Shown: positions 14,023 to 28,319, numbered from the stretch's first letter. The stretch: 64,000 bases of DNA from Lama glama (GCA_028534125.1 CM052816.1:7008001-7072000), one strand, 5' to 3'. Numbers and translations are program-made. Notes: a model not told the origin generated them from the sequence alone.

Positions 14023-14881
14023 ATTAGGTGGACTTTAAGAAAGCTTCCAGCCCTGAGATCTTATAACCTCATAATTCAAATGGATAGCTTCCATAAGGGA
14101 ATTCCAAACCCACGGAGTTGAGAGTGACTGCCCAGATCAGGAGGTACTCTTCCAGACTGATGGGGAAATTGTGACCCAGAAAAGGGAAGGTGTGAGCCTG
14201 AGGAAAAACAGCCAGGGAGTCCCGAGGGCTGTGTCTAAAACCCAGGGATCCTGGCAAAGCCCTTGCAAGGAGACACTAGATTCTCACGACGGGATTGAGT
14301 CCCTTTCCACACACCAAGATTTTTGAAAAGAAGGAAATCTCAGCAGAGTTTGGGTGAAATGCTTGGGCTCCTTTTTCAAGAAGGGCAGAGGGGTGGGTAT
14401 CAGAAAACCTGAGTTCGAGTCCTGGCTCCAGCACTTGCTGGATAAATAAGCCCAGGTGAATTAGTAAAAATTCTGTGCTCTCTGTGCTCCACTTATGAAG
14501 CTAAGATAGGAACTTGGCCCTGCCTACCTCAGGATCTCATGGGGATCAATAAGAAAGTGGACGTGAAAAAATTCACAAATTGCATGCGCAATCTTATGAG
14601 AAGGATTATGACCTATTATCCAAGTCTTACATACCTTCAAGGTCAGCTCAAGTTCATCGCCTTCATGAGATCTTCCCTGATGCCTTGCCCTTCAGAACCT
14701 CTCTCACACGCAGACTCCTACTGCGTCTCTCTCCCTTAATCATGGTCTCACAGTCCTCCCTGGTTATTTTATCCTGGCCCTCTTGTCACCTCCTGTGGAA
14801 GCCCAGTGCTTAAAATTCTGGATTTTGCCACTGTGTGACCTTAAGCATGCCCTTTCCTTTCTCTGAACCTCTTTCCTACAA

Positions 14882-15115
14882 GTAGGGCTGTTAAGACCAC
14901 TCGCTTTGTCATGAGATCAATCTAAGCTCAAGCTTGACCACTGACCAGCTGTGTGGCCATGGACAAATAACCTCTCTGAGCCTCTGTTTCCTCATCTGTA
15001 ACATGGAGGTAATAACTCTGTCTTCTCATGGAGTCGCTGAGAGGATAGAATGAGATAATGTTAGTAACACTCTCAGCACAGCAGCAAACCTTGCTCAGTA
15101 AATGGTAACTGCTCT
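14882..15115 (+). mobile_element. MIR SINE
   Basis: ctctgagcctctgtttcctcatctgtaacatgg core. Confidence 0.8.
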
Positions 15116-15699
15116 AATTAACAGGATAAAATGAAGAGACTGGACTTCAGCTAGACAGAGGTCCCTCTAGCAAAGAGATTCCAAAGAGCAAATATTTCTC
15201 CAGTTCTTCCCCATCCCTTGCAGTAGAATTTAAAAAGCTTGCTTATGGGCTTCCCTTGAGGTTCCGTCCAGATTCCTCGGCTGGGCATTCCCATCAACAC
15301 CCTTTCATAAGTTCAAGGCAAGGAACTTGCTGTTCCTTGTGATTCCCAAGGTGGCCTCCAAATGTTGTAGCCGTAAATACATTCAGCCACAAATTAGAAG
15401 GCAGCCAATGGGGTTTGCGAAAGGGATTTCAACCATATGGCAGGATGATGAATCATCCTATGTTAATGAAAGTATATCTCGGCTCAGCCTCTGGTGTTCC
15501 GTACCTGGTGCTCACTTGGGGACCAGGGAATCTGGCATAGCAATGTGGCTGGAAGTCCCAGCTGCTAGAGGGTGGGGTGGAGGGCAAGCAAGGATCTCCC
15601 CCACCAAGGGGGATCCATCCCTAAAGTCAGTGTCTCAGGTAAGGGTCCTTGCCTGTGGGTTTCCTCATGGCCTTGGAGCTAAGCAAGAATCTCTTTTGA

Positions 15700-15900
<201 letters not shown>

Positions 15901-16099
15901 TAAACCATGGGATATGGACATTTTTAGTGCCCTACTCAATGTTCTGGGTGAAGATATATCTGAAAATGGCGAAAGAGCGAGGAGCACACGCTCCACACTC
16001 AGGATTATAAAAACAAAATTCTATCAACAGACTAAAGTTTTAGATTAAAGCAAAATGTAAAAACCTGCTTTTAAATTTGAAATTCAACTGCAGAATAAC

Positions 16100-16360
16100 A
16101 GAGGACTGTTTTAGAAGCTGAAATGGGTATGTTGGGTTGATTCTTCTCTCTACTTTTGTATGTATTTGAAAATTCCCATAGTAAAAAGTTTAAAATAAAT
16201 CAATTACATTAGGAAAAAAGACTAGATGGAAAAATACCAAAATGTTATAGCAATTATCCTTGGATGGCAGGCTGATGGATGATTTCATATTCTTCAGTAT
16301 TTTTATATTTTTCAAATTTCTACAAGGAGTAAATATTACATTTGCAATTATAAATAAAAC
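16100..16360 (+). mobile_element. Old L1 (L1MC/L1ME-like) 3' end fragments
   Basis: AT-rich 3'UTR-like sequence ttttcaaatttctacaag...ataaataaaa. Confidence 0.55.
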
Positions 16361-16499
16361 TCATGCTATTTTAATTTTTTTCCTCAATCCTTGAAAAAAA
16401 AATCAATTGTCTGAGTTTTGAAAGGAGTGATCTAGCGTTTGAGAAAATAATTAAGGCAGCATAAAATGATCTCTGTATGAGCAGAGTGAGAACCAGCCC

Positions 16500-17240
16500 G
16501 TCAATCACCAAATCCTGTAGATGTAACTGCCTTGGAATCCTCTAAACCATTTATTTCCAGACGTCCGCCTGCTCCTAGTCTAGTTCAGCCTTCCCACTGT
16601 GGCTGGCTCACATTACTGCAAAGTGGCCTCGATTTTCATCTTGACCCCCTCCAATCCATACTCTCTCACTCACTGGTCTTTCTAAGATGCAAACCTAACC
16701 CCACCAGTCCTCTGCTTTAACGCCTCCCTCGTGGCTCCCCCGTCCCTTTGCCTTTCTGGTTCTGCCTGCCCGTGTCTCTTCCTCTGGCTTCCTACTCTGA
16801 GTACAGGGAACTGTTCAGCGTTTACACAGGCAGTGCTCTCTCTCTGACTTACAACCTTCTACTGATGCTGTTGGGGGCCTCGGCCCAGAGCATCCATTCC
16901 AGCCTCCTTTCTCTTATCAACCCCGATGCTCCTTTAACATCAGAATTACCTCCATAGGAAGCCTTCACACTCTAACACGTGTGTACATGTGTGTGAGATC
17001 ATGTGTGTGCTCGACCTAAGGCTAGGGTGGGTCCTTTGTACACATTCTCTTGACCCATGTCACAGTTCCCAGAACACCACTTACCACCAACACTTACACT
17101 GTAACAGTCTGCTCATCTGGCCCTCATCTCACTGTAGTGTAAGTGCTTTGGGGGCCAGGATCTTGTCTCATTCCCTGTGGTGACCTCAGCCGCTAACACA
17201 GTGATTTAATAACAGGTGCTCGGTAATTTTGGAAAATAAA
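16500..17240 (+). mobile_element. L2 LINE 3' region
   Basis: Pyrimidine-rich L2 body ending in a ggtgctc...aaataaataa tail-like motif; approximate. Confidence 0.6.
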
Positions 17241-19439
17241 TAAGCCAAATCAGATATATTCTCTGTTGATTCAAACCTTATTTGGTCCTAAACATTTATG
17301 GAGGTAAGATCTAACCTTTTAGTCCCAGGCTGGCAAAAATTAATGAGCTCTCTATGTCATTGGGACAAATGGTCAAAACTCTATTCTGTTGCAAAGAGGC
17401 CAGGATATGGTCAGGTGGAGCCTGCCCGCATCCAGAGGACAACTGATCCAATTCCCTACAACTAGCAGGGAATTACGGAGATGGCCCGGCCCATTGACTA
17501 AGAACAAGCATGGCTGCCTTTCCCTGGGAATCCAGGTCCAAAAACCAAGTCTTTCCACCCTGTGCTTGGATGTCTTGTTAGAGACCCTAATGAGCTCCTC
17601 TGCTTTTTTTCTCCTCCCTCCCAAATCAGAAGCCTGTTGACATTCACATTATGTATAAACTTTGTGTGGTGAGTGCTGAAGCTTCCACCCTTCTCCCCGA
17701 AATGGTAAAGAGTTATCAAGCCAAGTCAGGGACCACCCCGTTATGTAAAGGACTTGGTTACGTGAGGACAGGTGTACGCATCTGCACTCCAGCAGCACCC
17801 CACCCATTTCCCTGTAATGGTCACACAGAGATCGATTTCCTTGATACAGATTACTAACTACAGACTCCTGAAGCAGCTTGCCCTTATTTTGTGTGGCGGT
17901 TAGAAGCCCAGGCTCTGAAGTCACAGAGACCTGGGATCACTCCCTACACATACAATCTCTCTACACCCATAATCTCTCTACACCCCATTTGTAAAATCCC
18001 AGGGGTGATTAACATATGACTTTACCAAGTTATTTTCAAGTTATTATGGATGGAAATTATGTACAGGGAAGTGTTTATCACAGTAAAACCTTTGTAAGTG
18101 CTCTTACTGTGTTCAGTGATGATGGTGGTGATACGGGCTCTGGGTGCTATCACTGACAGCCGTGTGATCTTAAGTCATCCCTAGACTTCTCTGAGCCTTA
18201 GTTTCCCCTTCCCCAGTGCCTGCTTGCTCCCTTTTCAGACTTCACTCCGGCCGCATTTTGCTTTCTACAGAGACAGTGTAGCAGTTAGAACAGAGTCTTC
18301 CACGCCCAGACAAAATCTGAGGCTCAGCTATGTGACCTTGAACAAGGCAGCCTGTCTAAGTCAGCCTCCTCATTTGTAGAACGGGGGACAGATAGCATCC
18401 ACCTCGCCACCTGTTGTGAGGATTAGGAGGTAAGGCACAAAAGTGCTAAGCTCAGCGTCTGACACAAAGTACACACACGATGAAGGTCAGCTGTTATTAT
18501 TAATTGCCAGTCATAATTTTCAACACATTTTCACATTCACTTTCTCACTGGACGCCTTCACCAAACACTTGCTCTAACAATCACTCTATAAAGTAGACGT
18601 GGCAGACACAGTGTTCCCCAATTTACAGCTAAGGAATCTGAGATTTGGTGACAATGCATCCCAGAAGGAGCTAGTGACTGAGCAGTGACTGGGCAGGGAT
18701 TAAGATCCAATTCTCATAACTGTCAGAACATCAAAGAGCAAAGACTTGGAACATTGAGGGGCCCCAGACCCACAAAACACACTTAAACAATGACCTAAGT
18801 GTTATCAAACCTCAAATTGTGCCAGGCTCAGCATGCCTCAGGAGAAAACAGTAAATGAAAAATGAAGATAACCGACTAGGAGAGCCCAGAGGAGTGGCCC
18901 CCTGGGGTGGAGACAAATAATGTTTAGACGGAAAGTGAAGGATAAGCAACAGTGTGCTTCTTTGGGAGTGGAACACAGATGACAGTTTTCTCCTTGTTAA
19001 CTGAAGTTAATCCAAACTAGGAGTTGTCATTTTCCAGCTTCCACGTTGCATAATGATGTGATTTCCCTGCCCCCTCACTGGGTTCTTAATTAGCTACAGG
19101 TGTTTAATTTACATTGTGGATGATTTGGGGGGAAAAGAACCTAAAACCTCAGAGCTACGAAAAAACCTTAAGAAATTGTCTAAGTCAGCCTTTATTTCAC
19201 AGAGAGAGAGAATCTGATGGCTGGAGTGGGGACATCACTTGAGGAAGGTCACACAGCATGGAACAGGTGTGGCAGAAACCCAGGTCCAATGTTCTCCATG
19301 GTGGCCAAGGGGTTCCCTCCCCCTCAGCTTCTTTCTCCCCTGGATCCCACCAACCAAACTCTGTGGACCACTTTCCCATTCAAGCCTCTTTCCTTGTCAC
19401 TCAGAGTATGCTTAGAGACCAAGATTGGACTCATATTAA

Positions 19440-19700
19440 TATGATAACAAGAGCAACAACCACACATTTAATGCTACGGTGTGCCAGGCAGTGTGCAGAG
19501 CACTTCTACATATCTCATCTCATTTAGACCTCACAGCAACCCCCATGAGGCAGGACATGTCATCCCCATTTTACAGATAAGTAAGCTGAGGCTCGGGAAG
19601 GTTGAGTCACTTCCACAAGGACATACGACTAATTGGTGGCAGAAGTGGGATTTGAACTCAGATCTATGTCACCCCAAAACCCATGTTCTCCTGAGCCAAA
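19440..19700 (-). mobile_element. MIR SINE
   Basis: ccccattttacagataagtaagctgaggctc...ggatttgaactcag. Confidence 0.85.
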
Positions 19701-20293
19701 TGTAAATATTTAATTCCTGGATGTTTTGGATTACCTAGACCTCACTTGTTTTTTCTCATCATAAGAAAGTTACAGCTGAAAGGGAACTTCATTGAACAGA
19801 CACGCCCAGGGCTCTGCCTCACCAACCATGCAAAGAACTGGTTGTGCATTCTGGCTCGTGGCAACATGGACATAGTCCCAGAGTCAGAAGCCTTCCAGGC
19901 TGTGTTTATTCTCTAAGAGCAGCAGGAATGCAGAGTAGCTCTATAAACAGCTGGAGCCCTCCCAGGGCCTGGCTTTGTTCGCCAGAGCTGACAGACCTGA
20001 GAGCAGAGAAGGCAGCCAGCTAAGCAACAGGGGTCTCCAGCCATTCTCGGCTGAGGTTGGCTGGCCTTCATCTGACCTTTCCAGTGACTCTCTTTGAGTC
20101 TATGCAGCAAGACGAAGACAGAGGTTGGAACAGGAATGGACAAGGGAGAAGAGGGAAGAGAGTCCTGGTCTAGAGTGGTACCTATGGCAGTCGATAAAAG
20201 ATCTAGAACTCGAACCTAGGGGGAACCATCCAGCTTGTCTGGACACATGTTTATCAGTACAAATAAGTGTGTGCACTGCAGCATCTGTATGTC

Positions 20294-20935
20294 TTTTTTT
20301 TTTAAGGAAAAACTGGCTTTATCAGTGTGTATGATATGTCTGTTGTCTGTCTATCTTAATATAAGGGGTTTTTATATATACTAGTTTATCTATTCTGTAC
20401 ATAGTGGTTTGTATCAGCCAATCCCAGACTCCCAGTTTATCCCACCCTCCTCCCTTTCTCCTTTGGTAACCGTAAGTTTTTTTCTTTTTTTTTTTCCCCA
20501 GTAAATTAATTTGGAGGGGGGCATTTCATTATGCATTTATTTCAATAATTTACTGAGGTGAAATTCACAACCTGGAAATTTACTATTTTAAAATGAACAA
20601 CTCAGTGGCACTCAGTATGTTCACAGTGTTGTGCAAACACCACTTCTATCTAGTTCCAAAACATTTCCATCACCCAAAATGAAACCTCTTACACATTAAG
20701 CACCTTCCCTCCATTGGCTCCTTCCTCCCAGCCCCTGGTAACCACCAATATGCATTTTCTCTCCCCTAAGTTTGTTTTTTATGCCCATGAGTCTCCTTCT
20801 GTTTTGTAAATAAGTTCATTTGTGTCATTTTGTTAGATTTCACAGATAAGTGATATCATACGATGTTTGTCTTTCTCTAACTGACTTACTTCAAACAGTA
20901 TGTTCATCTCTAGGTCCACCGTGTTGCTGCAAATG
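20294..20935 (-). mobile_element. L1 3'UTR fragment interrupted by a nested insertion at 20480-20766
   Basis: Both parts align with the L1 copies at 24.5 and 43.5 kb (ctcccagtttatccc...ggtaac / gttttgtaaataagttcatttg). Confidence 0.8.
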
Positions 20936-21200
20936 TGCATGTTTGTGGTATGTGTGTGCACGAGTCAGCACATTTACCTGAGCCTATATGCATGTCCGTA
21001 TGAATGTGTGTACATACAAAAGCATGTGAATAAGTGAAAGAATCTTTAAACGTGTATCAGTTCTTGGCTGTAAAAAAAAATGTGTATCCATGTGTGGGTA
21101 TATTTATACATGTGCACAGGTGTACATATGAGTGTGTACATGTGGGGACACGTAGAAGGTTGGAATTGTGGAAGTAAATGTGAACAGACATGAGAGACAG

Positions 21201-21242
21201 TGTGTGTGTGTGTGTGTGTATGTGTGTGTGTGTGTGTGTGTG
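21201..21242. repeat. (TG)n microsatellite with one interruption, inside a TG-rich low-complexity tract (~20935-21270)
   Basis: Directly visible. Confidence 0.95.
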
Positions 21243-21691
21243 CAGACAGAGCGTCTGTGTATGTGTGCTGACGTCCTCTGGGCATGAACCCTAGCATCTT
21301 CATTATCAGGACATGTGCTGCAGATTCTCTTGCCAAGGGCCAGGCTACCCTGGCACAGAGACAGGCACACCGTGGCCAGGACCCCTGGCGATTGGCAATG
21401 GCCTGTCCACCTACAGTTCACAAGTCTGGCCTTATTTGTAGATATTAGCAGGCAATGGACAGAGCCCTGAACCAGGAATCAAGAGACCAGAGTTTGAGTT
21501 CTCGCACTGCCACAATTTAATACCACTGAGACTCAGTTCCCCCTTGGCACCTGGCTCTAGGAATGATGTGCAGAATACATGAGAAACAGGTATGAGAGCA
21601 CTTCATGAACATGACAAAAATGTAAAGGATTATTAACTAAGTAATAAGCCAAGGACTCTCACATATAAGCATAAGGAAACACCTTTCTGGG

Positions 21692-21802
21692 TTGTTTGTT
21701 TGTTTGTTTGTTTGTTTTTTAATTTAATGGAAGTACTGGGGACTGAACCCGGGACCTCATGCATGCTAAGCACACACTCTACCACTGAGCTATACCCTCC
21801 CC
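21692..21802 (-). mobile_element. tRNA-Ala-derived SINE (Vic-1 type) with (TTTG)n tail
   Basis: ggggactgaacccgggacctcatgcatgctaagcacacactctaccactgagctataccctcccc. Confidence 0.88.
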
Positions 21803-21929
21803 ACTAACCCTTCTGGTTTTTTCCTTGTGTTCCCTATTTACTCATTTATTGTTTCCACCCCAATTTTCAGGGTTCCATACTGTCTGTGCTGCATATGGCA
21901 TTAGGCTCTAGGGACATAGATCTGTTTTG

Positions 21930-22310
21930 CTTATATTAGGCTAGGCTCTCCTGTAGCAACAAACAACCCTGAAATCTCGATGTCTTAACACAGCAACGAC
22001 TGACGTACTCCTCTAAAGTCTGCTATAGATCGGAGGGTGGGGGGGCTCTCTAGGACTGCTGTCCCCCACGTCATGGCTGAGCCTTGCATTTCCATGTCAA
22101 CACGTGACTTCACATTTGCTGTGCAAGGGAAGAAGGCAGGGAAGGGCTGAACACTGGTAAGTAAATGCTTTCTACCCAGAAGTGACATGTACCACTTTTG
22201 CTCGCATTTCACCATCCGAAGGAAGTCACACGGCCCTGCCTGAAGAAAAGTATCCTCCCTTATGTCCCCCAGAGTAAGCAGGAACCAGACACCAGTGAAC
22301 AGTAGGTCTC
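21930..22310. mobile_element. MaLR LTR (old MLT1-like)
   Basis: tgtagcaacaaacaaccctgaaatctc...aagtgacatgtaccacttttgctcgcattt...agtcacacggcc; subfamily uncertain. Confidence 0.6.
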
Positions 22311-22455
22311 TGCTTTCAAGGAGGCTATTGGAGATGGTGGACAAGAAAACCAAAGCTGATACCGCAGTGCGGTGTGTGGGATTACAGACATGTGCACAGG
22401 ACGCCAGGGAACACAGAGAATAATAGCAACCTATAGCAACATCAGGCAACACTTT

Positions 22456-22540
22456 GGGAGTGTGAGGAGAGCTCAGAGGTAGAGCGCATGCTTAGCATGC
22501 ACGAGGTCCTGAGTTCAATCTCAAGTACTTCCGTTTAAAT
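22456..22540 (+). mobile_element. tRNA-Ala-derived SINE (Vic-1 type)
   Basis: agctcagaggtagagcgcatgcttagcatgcacgaggtcctgagttcaatctc. Confidence 0.85.
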
Positions 22541-23549
22541 TTTTTCTAATATTGCACAACATTTTATAAATATGTATTATGTGCCAGACGCTGGGAAAAC
22601 GCTGTTGTGTGATTTTGAGCGATTTCTCTAGAGTAGAAATCTGATCATGGTACTCTCCATGTTAAAACCTTTCAGGAGAGAATGGCCTTGTGGAATGACG
22701 CAAAGGTGAGGGGGCTTTTAAAGGCTGGTGTGTGTTCAGCAGTGCTCAAAGAGGAGACAAGTCAAGCAGGAAAAGAGAATGGTGTCCAGTGGGGTTTGGT
22801 GGTGGGGGAGGGGAGGAGAGGATCTGGTATGAAATTAGGGAATGTAATTTAGGAGCAGGAAGAAAGCAAGAGACAAAAGGAAGCAAAGACGGGGGAAGAT
22901 AATTCTTTGAGATAATTCTACTGTAAAGGGAAGGAGAGGTGCTGGCAGCGGTGTTTGTCATTTATTGAGCACTTTTCTAAGCACCAGGCATCTGTGGCTG
23001 GCAAATTATGGGGATTATTTCATAACAATCCTTTATTATAGATGAGGAACCTGAAACGCAGAGAGGCTTAATTCACCCAAGCTTTTCCAGCCAATAAATG
23101 TCATCAGCAGTTGTTACCCCAGGCTGCCTGAATCCTGGAACCCTGCTCTTGGCCTTGGCCTAGTCCATCTCCTGAGCTGGGGGCAAGAGGAGAGGCTGCA
23201 GAGCCAAGCAGATAACGGGGTCATGGGAGGTCATGGCCTCGTCCTGGGCTTCTGACTCTGGCCTGGCTAACAGATCTGATCTGTGCAGTTCTATCAGAAC
23301 TGGTATCATGGGAAGACCTTGACTATCCATCCCTGTGGGTATTTGCAAATGAGACCTCAAGATACATGAAAACAGCTACCATGGAAGGAGATGACATGCC
23401 CCTCATGTCCGACCATAAAAGTTAACACATTGTTTAGGGAGCAGCCACTTCACAATGCCTGCCTACTGCTGGGATTGACTGAAATGAATCAATTGATGAA
23501 TGAACTGGGATCAGTTGAATGAATGAACTGATTGTGAATGATAGAAGAT

Positions 23550-24070
23550 AAAACTTAAATCCATCTACTTCTTTCCAAGTCTGCTGCTGTCAACTCTAGG
23601 TAAACTTGGCACCATCTCTCCCCTGCTTGACTGAAACAGCCTCTCCTCCCTGTGTCCCCTCCCACTTCCCACGGTGGCTAGTAGGATAATTTTAAACCGT
23701 CAATCAGATCACCACATTCTTCTGCTTCAAATCCTGCAACAGCTTCTCAATGCTCTTACTACATTCAGTTCCCTCTGCCCAGAAAGATCTTCGCACGATC
23801 AGCTCCTTCTCATCCTTCAGGCCAGCTCAGATACCGCTGCAGAGGTCCCTTCCCTGATTCCCTATCAAAAATGTTCCCCCTTCCAGTCACTGTCACATCA
23901 CGTTCTGTTGTCTTCAGAGTAATATCTAAAAAGTAAGTTTATTTGTTAGTTTGCTGTTTTGACTGCTTTTGTATTGAGTGCAGGGACCTTGTCTCTTTCA
24001 ATCATTCCCTACACTTCCAGTGCCCAATGCACTGCCTGAACCATACAAGCTCAATCAATATTTGTGGAGA
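23550..24070 (+). mobile_element. L2 LINE 3' region
   Basis: Ends in gctcaatcaatatttgtgg, an L2-tail-like motif. Confidence 0.6.
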
Positions 24071-24532
24071 GAATTAACTTGGAAGTTCTCTAGTTCAACA
24101 CCCACCTGTGGTCAGAACCTCTGCCACAAACATTGTGGCCAAGTAGTCTCTCCCTGCTCACCTCCAGGGATGGGGAACCCTGCACCTCTCAAGGCAGCCC
24201 ATTTCATCTTGGGATACCTCCAACATCTCCATTTTCCCGTGGCTTTCATTCTGATCCTGGGGCCACAGAGAGCCAATTTCTGCACCTGACAGCCCTTCCA
24301 GGAACTAAGGTCAGTCCTCTTGCTCCCCCCGCCCCTACATCTGGCTCCTTAGACCATTCCCAGTTCTCAGTCCCCTTACCACCCAAGGTGCTCGCAGAGT
24401 ACATCCAGCGCATCCATTCCCATCTCAAGATGAAAGGCCAAGAAATGAACCCAAGCCCTCAGGGGTGCTCAGGTTCAAAGCATTGTTTTTGACAACAGCT
24501 CCCTCCCACAGTTCATTTTTAAGCTGAATCTT

Positions 24533-25337
24533 TTTGTTTGTTTGTTTGTTTTTATTGAAGAGTGGTCAGTTTACAATTTTGTGTCAATTTCTGCTGTAAA
24601 ACATTGTGATTCATTTATCTGTATATTTTTTTGTATTTTGTTATTATAGGCCATTACACGGTATTGAATATAGTTCCCTGTGCTATACAGTGTTGTTTAC
24701 CTATTTTATCTATAGTAGCTAGTATCTGCAAATCCCAAACTCCCAGTTTATCCCTCACTATCTCCTTCTCTCCCTGGTTACTGTAAGTTTGTTTTCTACG
24801 TCTGTGAGTTTGTCTCTGTTTTGTAAATAAGTTCATTTGAGTCCTTTTTTTTTTAAGATTCCACATATAAGTAATATCAAGTGGTATTTTTCTTTTTCTT
24901 TCTGGCTTACTTTACTTAGTATGATGATCTCAGGTTCATCCCTGTTGCTGCAAATGGCATTGTTTTATTATTTTTTATGGTTGAGTAGTATTCCATTCTA
25001 GAAATATACCACAAAATCTTTATCCAATCATCTTTTGGTGGACATTTAAGTCACTTCCATGTTTTGGCTACTATAAATAGTGGTGCTATGAACTTTGGGA
25101 TGTGTGTATCTTTTTGAATTAGAGTTCCCTCCAGGAGTGGGGTTGCTCAATCATAGAATAAATCTACTTTTAGTTTTTTGAGGAATCTTCATACTGTTTT
25201 CCATAACGGCTGCACCAAACCACATTCCCACCAACAGTGTAGAGGGTTCCCTTTTCTCCACACCCTCTCCAGCATTTATTGTTTGTAGATTTTTTTAATG
25301 ATGGCCATTCTGACCGGTGTGAGGTGATACCTCAGTG
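24533..25337 (-). mobile_element. 5'-truncated L1 (ORF2 C-terminus plus 3'UTR)
   Basis: 13-bp TSD taagctgaatctt at 24520-24532 and 25338-25350; T/(TTTG)n tail; reverse frame [14 protein letters not shown] typical of L1 ORF2. Confidence 0.95.
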
Positions 25338-25559
25338 TAAGCTGAATCTTACATAGCACTTTAACGAACTGATTTTTGAGAATGGGCTGTTGTGGATGAA
25401 GTGGAGCCAAGACCAGGAATCTCAATTCCCATGGTCTTTTCCTCAATCTGCCTTTCCAAGGCAGCTCTGGGACCCTCCTCAGAACCCTAAAACCATTTCT
25501 ACACACACCATCACCAAGACATTTCAGTTTAGGTAACAAGTCACAATGTTGATTGACAC

Positions 25560-27110
25560 TAAGCTTATAGACAGCAAAACTCTGGAACTTGTTTTAAAGC
25601 ATATGAGTAACAGATGAAAACAAGGTTTTGTAGTAAGTCCAATAAAAAAGAGAAGAGAGGGAACAGGAATGCCCCTGCTTCACCCTCTCCCCTTGTCCCA
25701 TCCGAGATAACTGCTGTAGGCAAACATTTTCTTGTACATCCTACTGGTCTCCTTTCCTTGATTACACATCCATTTATGCACATTACCCATCTTTGTGTAA
25801 ATAGGATTGCACAATACAATTTGCTTTTTCCGCCTCACCATGTCTTAGAATCTCTCCACACCACAAACATAGATCTGTCTCATTCTTAATCCAAATTTGG
25901 AAATATAATAAGTGGTTTATTATTATTATTAAACATTTATTATTGTTTATTATAAACATAATAAGTGGTTTATTATATATTATTGTTATATGACCAGATG
26001 ATTTAATCAATGTTTCCAGACTTTATGGCTTGCCTGTAAAATTCCAAATACCATCGTTTTATGGTATTTATTTGACCAGACTTCTCCTCATGGACCTGTA
26101 GATTGGTGGAGCTTCTCACTAATACAAACAGTGCAGCAGTGCACCTTTCCCTGGGATAGATCACAGGAGTGGAGTCATTTTATCAAAGGACATGCACTTT
26201 TTAAAATTATTTTGACAAATATTATCACCCAACTCACTACCAAAGAAGTGTCAGTAACTTACTGTTTCCCAACAGTCCTCATTTCTCTTTCTCCTTTCTG
26301 ACCCAAGATACTAACCAAGTTTTTAAATTTACCAAATGGGATTTTTTAAGTGGTACTTCACTGCCATTTTAAATTTTCACTCCAGATTCCTCGTGAATTT
26401 GAGTGTCTCTGCATATTTTTTGGCATAGTGAGCTTTTTTCATAATATCATAGGCTTCTTTTTCACAGGTACCTGCTTAATCCATGAGGAGTTTGGTTTTC
26501 TGTAAAGTATGTGGTGATAGTTTACCTCTGTTTTTCTCTGGTTAGATAGTAATTGTCCCAGCATTATTCTTAAGCAGGGACTGTTTCTCCATTGATTAGA
26601 AATGCTGTCTTTCTCATACACGCAGTGCCCCTATGTACCTCAGTCTCTTTCCAGTCTCAGTTTGTTGTCTCATTGCTGTTTGTCTGCTTCTGCGCCAACA
26701 CCACACTCCTTTCACTATTATGGCTTAGCACTGGATTTCTGTGTCTTGTAGAGAAAGTCCTCTTTGTTCTTTTATAAGGTTTTCTTAACATTTGCAGCCC
26801 ATTTCTTTTTCCACATGAACTGCAGAATCAGCTCGCCTATGGAAATCACCTCAGATTTTGATTGGGACTGCACTGAGTTTATAGATTAATTTGCAGAAAA
26901 TTGACATCGTAACAATAATATATAAACGTGGTATGTCTCTCCATTTATATAGGTATTCATTTGTGCCTTTCAGTAAAGTTTTAGAGTCATATGTGTGTGT
27001 GTGTGTGTCTGACACACACATTTCTTGTTAGGTTTATCCCTAGATATTGTGTGGGGTTGGTTGCTGTTGAGGATGAGACCCTTACTGGTTGTTGCTTTTC
27101 CCATTACACT
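25560..27110 (-). mobile_element. Old L1 (L1ME-like) fragments
   Basis: Degenerate ORF2-type motifs (aattgtcccagcatta, gattttgattgggactgcactgagtttatagattaatttg); approximate. Confidence 0.65.
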
Positions 27111-28319
27111 TTCATTACACTACACAGCTAATGCCAAGTGACTTCTTACACTCTGGGGTTTGGGAGATCCGAGAGAAAGTCTATTAAATGTCATCCAGTT
27201 AGACGTGGCTTAACACTCCGCAAAGCCTTGGTAAACTGAAGACCGCGAGAAAGCCAAGGAGGGAGCCCTCAGAAACGCCGTTACAGTGGGTTACAGGCAG
27301 AAAAACAGGGTTAGAGGCAGCCTTAGCATCACCTGCTGGGTGACTCTCTCCAATACGCCACCAAGAGAGGCGTCACACTTGTGAATTTACGGCAGCCCAG
27401 GGTTGGCTCTCCATCAGATCAGATTCTCCAAGACTGACTAACGAAAATCAAACCCACAGGAGACTGAAGTGGGTAAGAGGACTGCCGAGTTATTTACTGA
27501 CAGGGCTTCCCATTCCAACAATAGCAATCCTTGTGTCCTCTGTGAAAGCACCCCCTTGCCACTCTCCGAATACCAGGAAAGCAAATCAGAAGTTGCCTTT
27601 GACATACTGAATTGGAGGAAAGGAAGGTAGACAGCCTTGATGACAGTTTCTCCCAGACCAGAGAGAGGGCTAAGACACCGTCCTTCCCTCATGATACGCA
27701 AACTCTCTTTCCAGAGACAAAAAGGTGGTGTTACCCCAAGTCATGTGACCCCGTCCTTCAGATGATGCTGGCTTATCACCTGCCAAATTCCTTCTCCTCA
27801 AACTGGCCTTTCTTATACTACAATGAACGTCTCTGATATGTTTATAAAATAGCTCTTTAAACAAGACAGGATACAACAAATTAGGGTTCCTCTTACTACA
27901 TTACCAGCGCACACCTGTTCACTGCAAGTACACAGGGGTCACTGCATTGACGCTGGGGCTCGCCGAATTTCTCTGCTGCGCGTTCATCTCTGCTGGTAGC
28001 TTAACTCTCAGAGACCAACCTTACCCTCCGTATTGCCGAGATTGCTAGTGTCGTGTCCCAGTTTTATGCCCTGTATGCAAATACTGTCCTCTTTCCTCTT
28101 TCCGGGTTAACGTCCGCCCTTCAGTTGGCACCCTTTGGCAGTCAGTGACAAATCCACCTCACTTTAATATCACAATCCAAAGTTCTCCACCTGATACTGA
28201 CTATAAGGATATGTATGAGCCAACCTGCCACATGGGCTCAGTGAGGTCCCAATATACTGGGTCTACCATAGTTCTTTCCCTACTCATCTAGGAACTTGGT
28301 TTTTAAAAGAGGAAATAGA

